Shown: positions 1 to 9,540, numbered from the whole stretch's first letter. The stretch: 63,931 bases of DNA, filler included, from Candidatus Nanoarchaeia archaeon (GCA_035290625.1; 7 parts of 7 records of this genome joined end to end with filler, not necessarily neighbours in it); one strand, 5' to 3'. Notes: generated from the letters alone by a model not told the origin. Numbers and translations are program-made.

Positions 1-123
1 TTGATGAGCTATGCCAAGGCTGTTGCGAAGAGGAAATTTAATTATGATATTGAGCCGATATTGGGGAGGAGCAGGCTATTGGCAGATGTGAGCAACCAAG
101 CAAAGCTTGGAAGGTATCTTTGA
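1..123 (+). CDS. 3' end of a gene truncated by the window start; C-terminus resembles a PCNA-binding PIP box
   Basis: Frame 1 is open to TGA at 121-123 and ends ...SNQAKLGRYL (QxxLxxY pattern). Confidence 0.45.
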   Translation: MMSYAKAVAKRKFNYDIEPILGRSRLLADVSNQAKLGRYL

Positions 124-128
124 AATGT

Positions 129-294
129 TTATTGAAAATTCGGGGTTTAAGACGCGGGCTTTAGCCCGAATTTTCAATCCACAAAAATCCGAGGATTTTT
201 GGGACGGAAAATTGCTTTTCAATTTTCCTGTCCCGAAAACCGCGCGATCAAAAACCCCGACCTTTAGGTCGGGGATTAGTGCGGTTTTCGTTAT
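129..294. mobile_element. Short palindromic non-autonomous element (IS200/IS605-end or REP-like), copy 1
   Basis: Hairpins GAAAATTCGGG..CCCGAATTTTC and CGAAAACCGC..CCCCGACCTTTAGGTCGGGG..GCGGTTTTCG; TTAT at both ends; near-identical copy at 15287-15400. Confidence 0.7.
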
Positions 295-389
295 CTGGAA
301 ATTCATAATTCGCTATTTTGTGGAGCAGGACTATCATTTCGGTGTTGCAGGCAACTCCTAACTCTATGAAAAAAACTCATAAATAGCTT

Positions 390-2219
390 ATGGAAATAGT
401 TTTAAATAATGCGTTACCTCTGCCTTCATCTATGGAAAAAGTAAGCCTAAATAAGGCAACTCTGGGCAATCTTGCAATCCTGCGTGCGAATTCAGACAAG
501 CCTGTGAACGATCTTGCAGAGATGATTGACGCGGATCCTGATGTTGTTGTTGTGATGTTGAATTTATTAGGCGTCTCACCCGTCTATGGCCCAGAAGGCA
601 GTATTGTTCCTAAAAAAAGGGTGAGGGGGACTAGTATCACAATCCCCGAGGCAATGAAACAGTTTGGGCTTTCTTATAATCAAGTCTATGATGCAATTCT
701 TGCAGGAGAACTGCCTGTTCAAAGGCCTGAAACGATGACAGATTCTTATCATCTATCTCCTGAAGATGCTAAGGGTGTGCTTGCAAGCATTAAAAATGGA
801 GGCATAAAGCCAAGAAGGGAGCTAAGGTCGGAGAGGATACGGAGAGAGCGAGAGCTTTCTTTCCCTGAACGCGGCTCAAGCCCTGAGAGGCGCTTTCTTA
901 ACTACTTCTGCCAGGTGCCCCTGCTTACGGCAAAGGAAGAGCATGAGCTGCTTATGCCGGTTAGGGCAGGGGATGAGGCGGCTGTGGATGATTTGGGTGA
1001 AGCCAATATCAGGCTGGTTTATTCAAAAGTGAAGGCCAATAGGAAGAACTGCATTCTCCTTGACCCAATGGACCTTTTACAAGAAGGGTATATTGGATTA
1101 CACCGCGCCATCTTAAAATTTGATCCTGATAGAATCAACCCACGAACGGGAATGCCTAATCGGCTTTCCACGTATGCTTCCTATTGGGTCGATTACTCAA
1201 TAGACCTAGCGATTAGTACTCAGGACAGGCCAATCAGAATTCCTAGAAAGATCTACGGGCGCAGGTCCAAGCTTGCGGGTTGGATAATCCACTACATTGA
1301 TCAGCATGGTAAAGAGCCAAGTTTTCAGAAAGTCATTGAAGCATTCCCTAAATACCCTTCTGGAGCTCTTAAAGGGGATTTGCAGTTTCTTACATTTACG
1401 CCTGCAGGCCCCGCATTCAATTTTGAATCCCTTCTCAATCTTGATGTCGTTGTCAACGAAGAAGGAACACTCAAGCTTGAAGACGTTCTTGCGGATATGA
1501 AAACGCCATGGCCTTCTGAGGAAGCCATGAATGCTGAGGAACTAGCCAAGGCACGTAGGCTTGTGAGCAGGCTTAATGTTCCTGAGCAATCAAAAAATAT
1601 ATTCCGTATGCTTACCGGCTTGGAGGATGGGTGTGATTATACCCTGAAAGAAGTGGGGGAAATGTTTGGAGTACCGGAAGCTCGCGTTATCAAACTCCAT
1701 CGGCAACTACTGGATATGATTGATGATTTGCAAAAGCCAGGCGATTCCCTTATAAGCACATACCGCGCCCAGATGTTGCATCAAATCTCTGAAATATTTT
1801 ATCAAGCTAAAAATCTTGGTCCTAAGTACAACAGAATTTACCTCATTAAATGCGGGTATCTTGACGGCGATACTTATTCCAACCGAACCTTAGCAAATTC
1901 TCACTCCGTTACTATAAACTGCATTAAGAGTCAAATGACCAGGCGGTCTATCTTTCTTAGGAAAAATGGCATCTACTATGATGGAAGAATCCATTTTTCA
2001 ACGCCACAACTCGAACATGCACTCGATAAGGTGGCAATACCTGATATCCATAAACAATGGTACAGGCAGCATTGTGGACTTAATGGGCGGGGCATCTGCT
2101 ATTCAGCTGACGCTCTCGCACGGGAAGACAACGCCTCAAAAGGTATTGTCCACCATGCACTCTGCGAAGCCAGGCAGGCGGTTCGCCAGCAGATGATAAA
2201 TGATTTGGTCAAAGGATGA
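390..2219 (+). CDS. Sigma-70 family (RpoD/RpoS-like) protein with N-terminal HTH(s) and extra C-terminal region-4-like modules
   Basis: PLLTAKEE (region 1.2); ANIRLV, DLLQEGYIGL..AILKFDP, STYASYWV, RPIRIP (region 2); YTLKEVGEMFGV..ARV (region 4). Confidence 0.85.
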   Translation: MEIVLNNALPLPSSMEKVSLNKATLGNLAILRANSDKPVNDLAEMIDADPDVVVVMLNLLGVSPVYGPEGSIVPKKRVRGTSITIPEAMKQFGLSYNQVYDAILAGELPVQRPETMTDSYHLSPEDAKGVLASIKNGGIKPRRELRSERIRRERELSFPERGSSPERRFLNYFCQVPLLTAKEEHELLMPVRAGDEAAVDDLGEANIRLVYSKVKANRKNCILLDPMDLLQEGYIGLHRAILKFDPDRINPRTGMPNRLSTYASYWVDYSIDLAISTQDRPIRIPRKIYGRRSKLAGWIIHYIDQHGKEPSFQKVIEAFPKYPSGALKGDLQFLTFTPAGPAFNFESLLNLDVVVNEEGTLKLEDVLADMKTPWPSEEAMNAEELAKARRLVSRLNVPEQSKNIFRMLTGLEDGCDYTLKEVGEMFGVPEARVIKLHRQLLDMIDDLQKPGDSLISTYRAQMLHQISEIFYQAKNLGPKYNRIYLIKCGYLDGDTYSNRTLANSHSVTINCIKSQMTRRSIFLRKNGIYYDGRIHFSTPQLEHALDKVAIPDIHKQWYRQHCGLNGRGICYSADALAREDNASKGIVHHALCEARQAVRQQMINDLVKG

Positions 2220-2314
2220 GCAATTGAGAATACTGGTCTCGCCTCTGGTTATGTATCTAGGCTCTCTGTTCTCCCCATTAAACATTTAAATACCAGCAGC
2301 AACTCTTTCCTTCC

Positions 2315-4081
2315 ATGAATGCTGACGAACTGAGGAAGAAATACTTTACTTTTTTCAGGGGAAAGAATCACGCATTGATCCCTTCTTCGTCGCTTGTGCC
2401 TGAGCACGATCCAACCGTATTGTTCACAACAGCAGGGATGCAGCCTCTGGTTCCTTATCTGACGGGGCAGAAGCACCCTTTGGGAAGGCGGCTTGTTAAT
2501 GTGCAGAAATGCATACGGACAGGAGATATTGACGAGGTTGGAGACAATTTCCACCTGACTTTTTTTGAGATGCTCGGGAACTGGTCATTGGGAGATTATT
2601 TCAAGCAAGAGGCGATCAGCTGGAGCTGGGAGTTTCTGAGAGGCAAGGAGTGGCTTGGCCTGCCAAAAGAGAAGATTGCGGTCTCTGTGTTTAAAGGAGA
2701 CAAGGATGCTCCGTTTGACAAGGAATCTTATGAAATCTGGAGATCACTTGGTGTTCCTGAAGAGAGGATAGCAAAGCTTGGAAAGGAAGACAACTGGTGG
2801 GGGCCTGTGGGAGAGGCAGGGCCCTGCGGGCCTGATACTGAGATGTTCTTCTGGACAGGAAGCGGAAAGGCTCCTTTGAAATTTGATCCCAGAGACAAGA
2901 GATGGGCTGAGATATGGAATGATGTCTTCATGGAGTATGAGAAGAAGAAGGATGGAAGCGTTGTTCCTCTTGCCCAGAGGAATGTTGACACAGGAATGGG
3001 TGTTGAGAGGGTTGTTACGAGCCTGAACGGAAAGCAATCCGTTTTTGAAACCGAGCTTTTTATCCCCCTGATTGACAACCTCAAGCTGCTCTCAGGGATT
3101 GCAGATCCTGATGAATTCCAGGAAAGATCCTTCCGCATTATTGCTGATCATCTCAGGGCAGCAGTGTTTATCTTGGGAGATGAACGGGGGGTTGTTCCAA
3201 GCAATGTGGATCAGGGCTACATCCTCAGACGCTTTATCAGAAGGGCTGTCAGGCATGGAAATCTCCTTGGAATATCCCGGGGATTCACCAAAGAGGCAGG
3301 GGCGCTGGTTGTTGATATGTTTTCGAATACTTATCCTGAATTAAAAAAGAAAAAACAATCCATCCTGAATGAGCTGATGAAGGAAGAGAGACAGTTCAGG
3401 CAGACTCTTGAGAAAGGGCTCCGTCAGTTTGGGAGGTTTGTCAAGGACAAGAAGGAACTTATTTCAGGGCGTGAAGCATTCCTGCTTTTTCAAAGCTATG
3501 GATTTCCGATTGAGATGACTGTTGAGCTTGCAAAAGAAAAAGGGCTGAAGGTGGACGAGAATGGCTTTTCTGAGGACTTTGAGAAGCATAAGGACCTCTC
3601 CAGGCGGGGAGCTGAGCAGAAGTTCAAGGGAGGGCTGGCTGACACTTCAGCGAATACTGTCAAATTGCATACTGCGACCCATCTCCTGAATGAGGCGTTA
3701 CGGATGGTTGTTGATGAGGGTATTGTGCAGAAAGGGTCGAACATCACTCCTGAACGGTTGCGTTTTGACTTCAACCTTGGGCGGAAGCTCACCAAGGATG
3801 AGATTAAGAAAGTTGAAGAGCTTGTGAACAGGAAAATACAAGAGGCAATCCCTGTTGAACGCAAGGAGATGCCTTTTGAGAAGGCAAAAAAATTAGGCTG
3901 CCAGATGCAATTTGGGGAGAGTTATGGGGATCGGGTCTCGGTCTATTTTATTGGTGACTTCTCTAAGGAGTTTTGCGGCGGGCCTCATGTGACCAATACG
4001 TCAGAGCTCGGAAGCTTCAAGATTGTCAGCGAAGAAGGGATTGGAAAGGGTGTGCGCAGGATTAAGGCAACTGTTCGCTGA
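2315..4081 (+). CDS. alaS: Alanine--tRNA ligase (short form without the C-Ala domain)
   Basis: LFTTAGMQ, HLTFFEMLGNWS, GPCGPDTE, DTGMGVER, HTATHLL and CGGPHV motifs. Confidence 0.97.
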   Translation: MNADELRKKYFTFFRGKNHALIPSSSLVPEHDPTVLFTTAGMQPLVPYLTGQKHPLGRRLVNVQKCIRTGDIDEVGDNFHLTFFEMLGNWSLGDYFKQEAISWSWEFLRGKEWLGLPKEKIAVSVFKGDKDAPFDKESYEIWRSLGVPEERIAKLGKEDNWWGPVGEAGPCGPDTEMFFWTGSGKAPLKFDPRDKRWAEIWNDVFMEYEKKKDGSVVPLAQRNVDTGMGVERVVTSLNGKQSVFETELFIPLIDNLKLLSGIADPDEFQERSFRIIADHLRAAVFILGDERGVVPSNVDQGYILRRFIRRAVRHGNLLGISRGFTKEAGALVVDMFSNTYPELKKKKQSILNELMKEERQFRQTLEKGLRQFGRFVKDKKELISGREAFLLFQSYGFPIEMTVELAKEKGLKVDENGFSEDFEKHKDLSRRGAEQKFKGGLADTSANTVKLHTATHLLNEALRMVVDEGIVQKGSNITPERLRFDFNLGRKLTKDEIKKVEELVNRKIQEAIPVERKEMPFEKAKKLGCQMQFGESYGDRVSVYFIGDFSKEFCGGPHVTNTSELGSFKIVSEEGIGKGVRRIKATVR

Positions 4082-4703
4082 TGGTGAAAATCTTCTGGAT
4101 CGTGTCTGCCTGAGCATCGTACACCACGAGGTGCTGGGGATACTTCACCAGCAGTTGGCCTGGCGTTACATCATTGAAGTATGAGGGGTATTGCGCCTTC
4201 AAACCGATCAGAGACTCGTTGCTTATCACACCGATGGCAGGAGTGATCTGCCTTAAGTCCCCAAGCTCAGCGTGGCTGTTGAGCCTTTGAAGGATCGCAT
4301 TCGCTGCAGCTTCCTGCGTGCTTATAATTCTTGCAACTGATCCTGTCCGGGCATCATAGATAAAGATGGCATTCGGATACTCGATGATAATCTCTCCAAG
4401 ATGGGCATTTGTGACTCCAGCAATCTGCTGCTGGAGTTCTGCGATGTTTTGCTCATTGATTTGGATAATCGCCAGGGGATTCACATTCCTGTACTGCTCC
4501 AATCCTTGGATAGAAGTGACCTGATTGAGGAATTCCTGCACTTCCTGCGCTTGCTGGCTGGTTGCTGCGCCAGTGATGCTGTTCTGCGGAGCGGCTTTGA
4601 TACTCACAAGGTTATAGACAGAAATCCCCAGGCTTGCAATGACGAGTATGCCGAGGATTAAGGCTGTATTTTGCGACACTATTATCTGCCTTTCTTTTGC
4701 CAT
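4062..4703 (-). CDS. Membrane-anchored hypothetical protein with an internally duplicated domain
   Basis: N-terminal TM; two similar ~55-aa segments (GEIIIEYPNAIFIYDA / GQLLVKYPQHLVVYDA). Confidence 0.75.
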   Translation of the reverse strand: MAKERQIIVSQNTALILGILVIASLGISVYNLVSIKAAPQNSITGAATSQQAQEVQEFLNQVTSIQGLEQYRNVNPLAIIQINEQNIAELQQQIAGVTNAHLGEIIIEYPNAIFIYDARTGSVARIISTQEAAANAILQRLNSHAELGDLRQITPAIGVISNESLIGLKAQYPSYFNDVTPGQLLVKYPQHLVVYDAQADTIQKIFTISEQLP

Positions 4704-4990
4704 TTGCCTTTCCTGCGCTGTTCAAAGGACTCGGAGCAGTGGTCTGAGCAGAACTTCATATCTTCATCGTCAATCTCCTTCTCCACCACAGAATCTGCAT
4801 CTATAAGTATCTTCCCGCAGTTTCTGCATTTTGCGCCAGAGCCGGCGTTTGCCGCGCCTTCCATAAACCCTTCTTCCAAATCAGATATTTCTGAATCTTC
4901 AACAAGCTTTTCCCTGCCTTCTTTAGTGTAGACGTCCTCTTCTCTCTGATTGTCTTCCATCTCGAATTCCTTCCTGTCGGATGATTTCAT
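4682..4990 (-). CDS. Small acidic protein with a TRASH/MYM-like zinc ribbon
   Basis: CRNC...FCSDHC; purine-rich SD-like sequence upstream. Confidence 0.75.
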   Translation of the reverse strand: MKSSDRKEFEMEDNQREEDVYTKEGREKLVEDSEISDLEEGFMEGAANAGSGAKCRNCGKILIDADSVVEKEIDDEDMKFCSDHCSESFEQRRKGKWQKKGR

Positions 4991-5043
4991 GTTTCCCCCT
5001 CCTGTTCAGCAAAGAACTCTCCTTTTTATACTTTTGTATGGGC

Positions 5044-5206
5044 CGGCTCATTGAAATGTGATGCAATGCCCTTTGTGAGCCATTTGAACAGAGAGCAGAG
5101 CAACGACAAGGGGGTCGTCCCATACGGGGAATGCCGTTCAACAGCCGAAACAGTACATGGTGAACTTGGCATTGCCGAACGAAGTGAGAAACTTTTCAAT
5201 GAGCCA
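5044..5206. mobile_element. Nested-hairpin MITE-like element, copy A, at the tRNA-Val 3' end
   Basis: TIR GGCTCATTGAAA/TTTCAATGAGCC; flanks GTATGGGC (5036-5043) and GTATGGGT (5207-5214); core GACAAGGGGGTCGTCCCATACGGGGAATG. Confidence 0.75.
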
Positions 5207-5209
5207 GTA

Positions 5210-5282
5210 TGGGTCCACCCGGATTCGAACCGGGGACCTTCACCTTGTGAAGGTGATGTCATAACCGCTAGACCATGGACCC
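5210..5282 (-). tRNA. tRNA-Val (anticodon CAC), no intron, CCA not encoded
   Basis: Reverse complement GGGTCCATGGTCTAGCGGTTATGACATCACCTTCACAAGGTGAAGGTCCCCGGTTCGAATCCGGGTGGACCCA folds as a cloverleaf with a GTTCGAATC T-loop. Confidence 0.96.
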
Positions 5283-5414
5283 TTGCATGCCTGTGTTTTA
5301 TGATATGTTTTTAATGTTTTTGTAAAGATCAGACACGAGAAATGAACATCAGAAATCAGAAGGAGGGCCCGGCAATGTTGGGGGGTTGGGTAAGAATCAG
5401 GCGCCAGGCCCTTC

Positions 5415-5831
5415 TTATGAGAGTTTCTTTTTCATGAGTTGAGGAGGTTTTCGCAGCTCTTGGAGCCACATTAATCCTATACGGATCATCTCTTTATTGA
5501 ACCTATCCGAAATCTTGTATGTCTTTTTGTAAAGGTCATAGTCAATGATGCCCATGCTTTTCATGGGAGTCAGGATGCGATCATAAAACTGCCTTTTGTT
5601 GTAGGAAATCCTGACTTTCTTTCCCCAGTATTCGGGCTCGTCTATTGTTGTTATCAGAGTGCCGTCGTGAAGCCTGGTAGCAAAGAGAGACATCTCTGTC
5701 TTTGTCATCTCCCCTTTATTCTCTTTTATGTTTTCTATCAGTAACTTTCCCACAATCTTCTGCTGCTTTGTGGCGAAAATCACTTCATAGATATTGTCGG
5801 GGAGGTTGAACCTGTCAAACAACAATACCAT
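5415..5831 (-). CDS. Hypothetical protein, possibly winged-helix
   Basis: 138-aa ORF with a TATA-like TTTATATA upstream; C-terminal wHTH-like pattern (ILTPMKSMGIIDYD). Confidence 0.7.
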   Translation of the reverse strand: MVLLFDRFNLPDNIYEVIFATKQQKIVGKLLIENIKENKGEMTKTEMSLFATRLHDGTLITTIDEPEYWGKKVRISYNKRQFYDRILTPMKSMGIIDYDLYKKTYKISDRFNKEMIRIGLMWLQELRKPPQLMKKKLS

Positions 5832-5939
5832 GTACCTTAGGGTTAGGTTGAACTAATATATAAATGTTTCTATAATAGATACTAGTATAGAGAAATGTAT
5901 ATTATTGATTCGTATGATTCGTATATATCCTTGGTACCC

Positions 5940-7001
5940 TTATTGGGATTCCTTCTGCCTGAAAAGATACGCAGAGCATCTCATCCTGTCTTTCCAGGTG
6001 TCAATGTCAAGGCTGCAGTGAGGCGGGACCAGAACCATCCTCCCGTGAATCCCTTTCTCCTCCCTGAACATCTGCTCTGCTTCAAGAACAGACCATTTTC
6101 CTGTTCCCAGATCCAGCAATCCCCTGAAACCCTTGCTTTGATACGCCTCTCCCATAATCCTTCTTTTTGAGTACAGCATCGGTATCATGCTGCTTTTCTC
6201 GTCCACTGCATTTACTTGGGCTAGGAACATGTTTCCAGACATGTACATGTCGATATCCCTGCCTGTCAGGATAGTTTCTTTGTCATTCAATGGAATTCCA
6301 AACTTCCTTAGGTTGCCAGGGAGTAAACTTAATGGAAGGAGCAGGGGATGGTCGTTGAACCTCGGAATGCCATACGCTGCAAGGTCTTTCTTGGTAATAA
6401 ATGCCGCAAGATCTTTTCTTGACACAACTGCAGCATACATCTCAACACCTTCTATGCCCCTCTTCTGGGAATTCTCGACAAATATATCAATGTCATCTCC
6501 TGTAACCAAAGGGACATCCCCACTGATAATCAGAAGGTACTCCTGGCTATAGAAAGCCCCATTATGCAGAGCGCTCATTCCCAATTCGATATTCTCCTGA
6601 AGATCAGAGCCTTGCTGCTGGATGTGGATTCCCTTATCTTTCACTGTTCTCTGGATGCGCAGCTTTGGGCCTATGGGATAAATCTCCTCCTTGTTGATAT
6701 ACCTGCTCTGTTGGCATGCCTCAATAACCCTTTCAAGGCTTGTCCCAAGATTCTCCTGAGCTGCCTGCTTTCTCTCTTCCCTGTCCTTCCAAACTGAATG
6801 AAGCATGCTTACTATGCCAAAATGCCTGCTTTCCGGAGGCTTGTCTATTGTCAGCAGTGATTTGTTCCTTCCAATGATGAACTGCTCCCTATAGATCCTG
6901 CCAACCCATTCTTTTTCCTCCTGCTCCTGAGCTTTGGCCGTTCTTCCCTGATTATGGCCTGCGAGGATCAGCGCAGCTAATGACCCCGGTTGGATACCCA
7001 T
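5940..7001 (-). CDS. MobA-like NTP transferase domain protein
   Basis: ALILAG, GRNKSLL, LIISGDVPLVT and C-terminal DIDT motifs. Confidence 0.7.
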   Translation of the reverse strand: MGIQPGSLAALILAGHNQGRTAKAQEQEEKEWVGRIYREQFIIGRNKSLLTIDKPPESRHFGIVSMLHSVWKDREERKQAAQENLGTSLERVIEACQQSRYINKEEIYPIGPKLRIQRTVKDKGIHIQQQGSDLQENIELGMSALHNGAFYSQEYLLIISGDVPLVTGDDIDIFVENSQKRGIEGVEMYAAVVSRKDLAAFITKKDLAAYGIPRFNDHPLLLPLSLLPGNLRKFGIPLNDKETILTGRDIDMYMSGNMFLAQVNAVDEKSSMIPMLYSKRRIMGEAYQSKGFRGLLDLGTGKWSVLEAEQMFREEKGIHGRMVLVPPHCSLDIDTWKDRMRCSAYLFRQKESQ

Positions 7002-7139
7002 CTCTCCCTCTGGAATCTTTCTCCCCTTTTAACTTTTTTCCCTCCTTAAAAACCCCCACCACAAACTTTATATAACAACTGTGCTTTGCAGCCTATAGGT
7101 CATTACCTGTATATTCGAGGACACACATGAGGGGGATGT

Positions 7140-7418
7140 ATGAAGAATACCAAGATATTCAACGTTTTCTTTCGAGAGAAGCCGGCGATGATGCTGATTA
7201 ATCTCAGGAACTCAAAAAGCAACGTCTACGCATCTTCCCTCGCAAAGTCGATCGATTGCACGTATTCCCATGTGGTGAAGATTCTTCAGCAGATGGAGAG
7301 AAATGATCTTATCAGCTTCAACAAAAAGGGCAGATTAAAGCTTCTTACGCTGACAAAGAGGGGAAGCGACATCGCAGATTCAATCGATTCAGTCAGGAAC
7401 TCTCTTTTGACCCGCTAG
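7140..7418 (+). CDS. Winged-helix (MarR-like) transcription regulator
   Basis: SSLAKSIDCTYSHVVKILQQME..GRLKLLTLTKRG; SD GAGGGG and TATA upstream. Confidence 0.85.
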   Translation: MKNTKIFNVFFREKPAMMLINLRNSKSNVYASSLAKSIDCTYSHVVKILQQMERNDLISFNKKGRLKLLTLTKRGSDIADSIDSVRNSLLTR

Positions 7419-8819
7419 CTTGCCCAGCACGTCTCTGGCAGCTTCAAGAAATTCTTTCTCTTTGCCCTGCGGGATGACAGACCCTGCTGCGTAGATATGG
7501 CCGCCAGTGCTGCTGCCATCAACTCTTGATGTGATCTCTTCCATGATGCTCCTGAGGTCGATGGAGCCGTCGCTCTGAAAGCCGGCCCGCCTGATGCTTG
7601 CCTTCAGGGTCTTGTCCGGAGCCTCTGCCATAGAAATAATAATAGTGCCGGGCCTGGTGGTGTTTGATTTTGCGATCATAGATGCTATCGTGCCGATCAT
7701 GGTGCTGAGTATCTCTGTTCCTGCGCTGATGATCATATAGCCCGGATGCTCCTGGACAGCCGCAGTTCCGCGATGCGCCTCAAACCATTGCATGGCAGCA
7801 ATGATCTCCCTTCGGTATTCCAGCAGGTGGCTGATTGCCTGCCTCTTCATCTTCGGATCGCCGAGGCACGCTCCGATTCCCAATGAGGCTTTTCCCATCC
7901 TGCCGCAGGAGTTGAGCAGTGTTGCAAATTCCTTTGCGTCTCTGAGAGGAGATTCTTCTTCCTCCTGCTCGAGGATGTAGATATTGCCAAGGACATCTTC
8001 GGGCTTGGCTTCGCCCCGCCTGGCCAGTACCACGCCTGCTACAAGTGCCTGCATCTCCTCCTGGCTGAGATCAGCCATCTTCTTCCATCCCTTTCCCTTC
8101 TTTGGGCTGATTCCGAGATTATGGAGGAACTGAATTGCGCCTGATTCAGATCCAGAGACACCAGGGATGTAGGGGTCTGTGCTGTACCCAAGGATTTTAT
8201 GGATCGGCCGGGTCTGCATCCCAAACAGCCGAAGACCTTTCTGGACACTTATCTTACCCTGGTTTCTTGCGGTCTCAAGGATGCTGGCGTTGAGCCTTTC
8301 AAAACCGCTATTCTCCTGAGCGTCGCCAATCGCTCCAACAATGGCAAGGTGAGCACATGCCTCGTTCTTCCTGTCCAGAGCCTCAGCAAACATATAAGCA
8401 ACTCCGGCTCCGCTGACTTCCCTTGATCCCTCAATGCCAAACATGTGCGGGTTGATGTGGAGAACCCTGTCGTTGCCGACGCCGGACACTTCATGATGGT
8501 CAAGGATCACAACATCTTTGCTCTTAAGATGCTCCTTCACCTGTTCTATCATCCCTGAGCCAAGGTCTGTAAACGCGATGATTTTGTACTCCTCTTTTGC
8601 GAGCTCTTTGATGAACGTCTCAGTAAGCTGAGGCACGATAGAAATGGCAAAGCCCCTATTTTGGCTCTTCAGCGCATGGATGAGGATTGAGGCTGCGCAG
8701 ATCCCATCGCAGTCAAGGTGCGATATTATCCTGACTGTTTCATTTTTCAGCTCCTGAAATTTTTTTGCAGAATCAGCAATATGCTTGCGAAATGCATCAT
8801 ATTTATCCATCAGCACCAT
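7389..8819 (-). CDS. RecJ-like DHH/DHHA1 phosphoesterase (archaeal exonuclease family)
   Basis: SHLDCDG, TDLGSG, LDHH, GAIGD and GGHIYAAG motifs; lies downstream of rps15 as in many archaea. Confidence 0.92.
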   Translation of the reverse strand: MVLMDKYDAFRKHIADSAKKFQELKNETVRIISHLDCDGICAASILIHALKSQNRGFAISIVPQLTETFIKELAKEEYKIIAFTDLGSGMIEQVKEHLKSKDVVILDHHEVSGVGNDRVLHINPHMFGIEGSREVSGAGVAYMFAEALDRKNEACAHLAIVGAIGDAQENSGFERLNASILETARNQGKISVQKGLRLFGMQTRPIHKILGYSTDPYIPGVSGSESGAIQFLHNLGISPKKGKGWKKMADLSQEEMQALVAGVVLARRGEAKPEDVLGNIYILEQEEEESPLRDAKEFATLLNSCGRMGKASLGIGACLGDPKMKRQAISHLLEYRREIIAAMQWFEAHRGTAAVQEHPGYMIISAGTEILSTMIGTIASMIAKSNTTRPGTIIISMAEAPDKTLKASIRRAGFQSDGSIDLRSIMEEITSRVDGSSTGGHIYAAGSVIPQGKEKEFLEAARDVLGKLAGQKRVPD

Positions 8820-8856
8820 GCACTTTCAGTTATTATATAAAGATATCTTAACCTGC

Positions 8857-9060
8857 GGCTGCGGTGAAAATCTCGCTTCGCGGCTACCGCCAAGTTCGCA
8901 ATTTGCGTCCCTTACTCCTATAATCGACATTCGTCCCCGACGGGGCATCCCCCGACAGCGGAAATCAAAGATTTCCTGGGTTTGCTAACGCAAACAGTCG
9001 ATGCTCTGATCCCAATAATGTTGCTCACAAAGGGCGGCAGCACTGATTTTCACCGAAGCC
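8857..9060. mobile_element. Nested-hairpin MITE-like element, copy B
   Basis: TIR GGCTGCGGTGAAAATC/GATTTTCACCGAAGCC; perfect 9-bp TSD TTAACCTGC (8848-8856, 9061-9069). Confidence 0.88.
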
Positions 9061-9087
9061 TTAACCTGCCAGAATCCACAGAATGCG

Positions 9088-9540
9088 CTACGTGGTGTAC
9101 TGTATCCGCTTGGCGTCAATCTTCCATCCAACCGGAAGCTTTCGGATTTTTTTATAATACTTTATGAGACGCTTTATTTTTGCGTCTGTCAGCTGCAGGC
9201 CCCGCTTGGCAACCATGTCCTTCTTGTTGACTTCAAAATGCTTTCGCAGGGCGTTGCTCCTCTTCATCAGGGCAAAGAGGTCTTCAGGAATCTCCGGAAG
9301 GATCTTCTTTTCCTGGAGTATCCCCGTGATCTTCTTTTTGAGAATTGGGCGGACATCGGGGATTCCGTAGGTGTCTCTCAGGATGAGCCCAATCTGGGAA
9401 GCGGATTTTCCCTCCTTCGCCAGTTTTGCAATAATAATCTCAATCTCTTTTGGCTTATAGCCAAGCCAGGCAGGCTTGGTCCTTTTGACAGGCCTTTTTG
9501 AGCCTGACTTTCCCCGTTTTCTTGAATACATCCTTGCCAT
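9088..9540 (-). CDS. rps15: 30S ribosomal protein S15 (uS15), archaeal type; true start at 9540
   Basis: MARMYSRKRGKSGSKRP, GLILRDTYGIP, IPEDL, RGLQLTDAKIKRLIKYYK. Confidence 0.97.
   Translation of the reverse strand: MARMYSRKRGKSGSKRPVKRTKPAWLGYKPKEIEIIIAKLAKEGKSASQIGLILRDTYGIPDVRPILKKKITGILQEKKILPEIPEDLFALMKRSNALRKHFEVNKKDMVAKRGLQLTDAKIKRLIKYYKKIRKLPVGWKIDAKRIQYTT

Noticed and set aside
76..361. Short ORFs at 76-306, 107-361, 15256-15450, 15320-15526 and similar ORFs over MITE copies
   Set aside because: Translations of palindromic repeats with no promoter or protein motif
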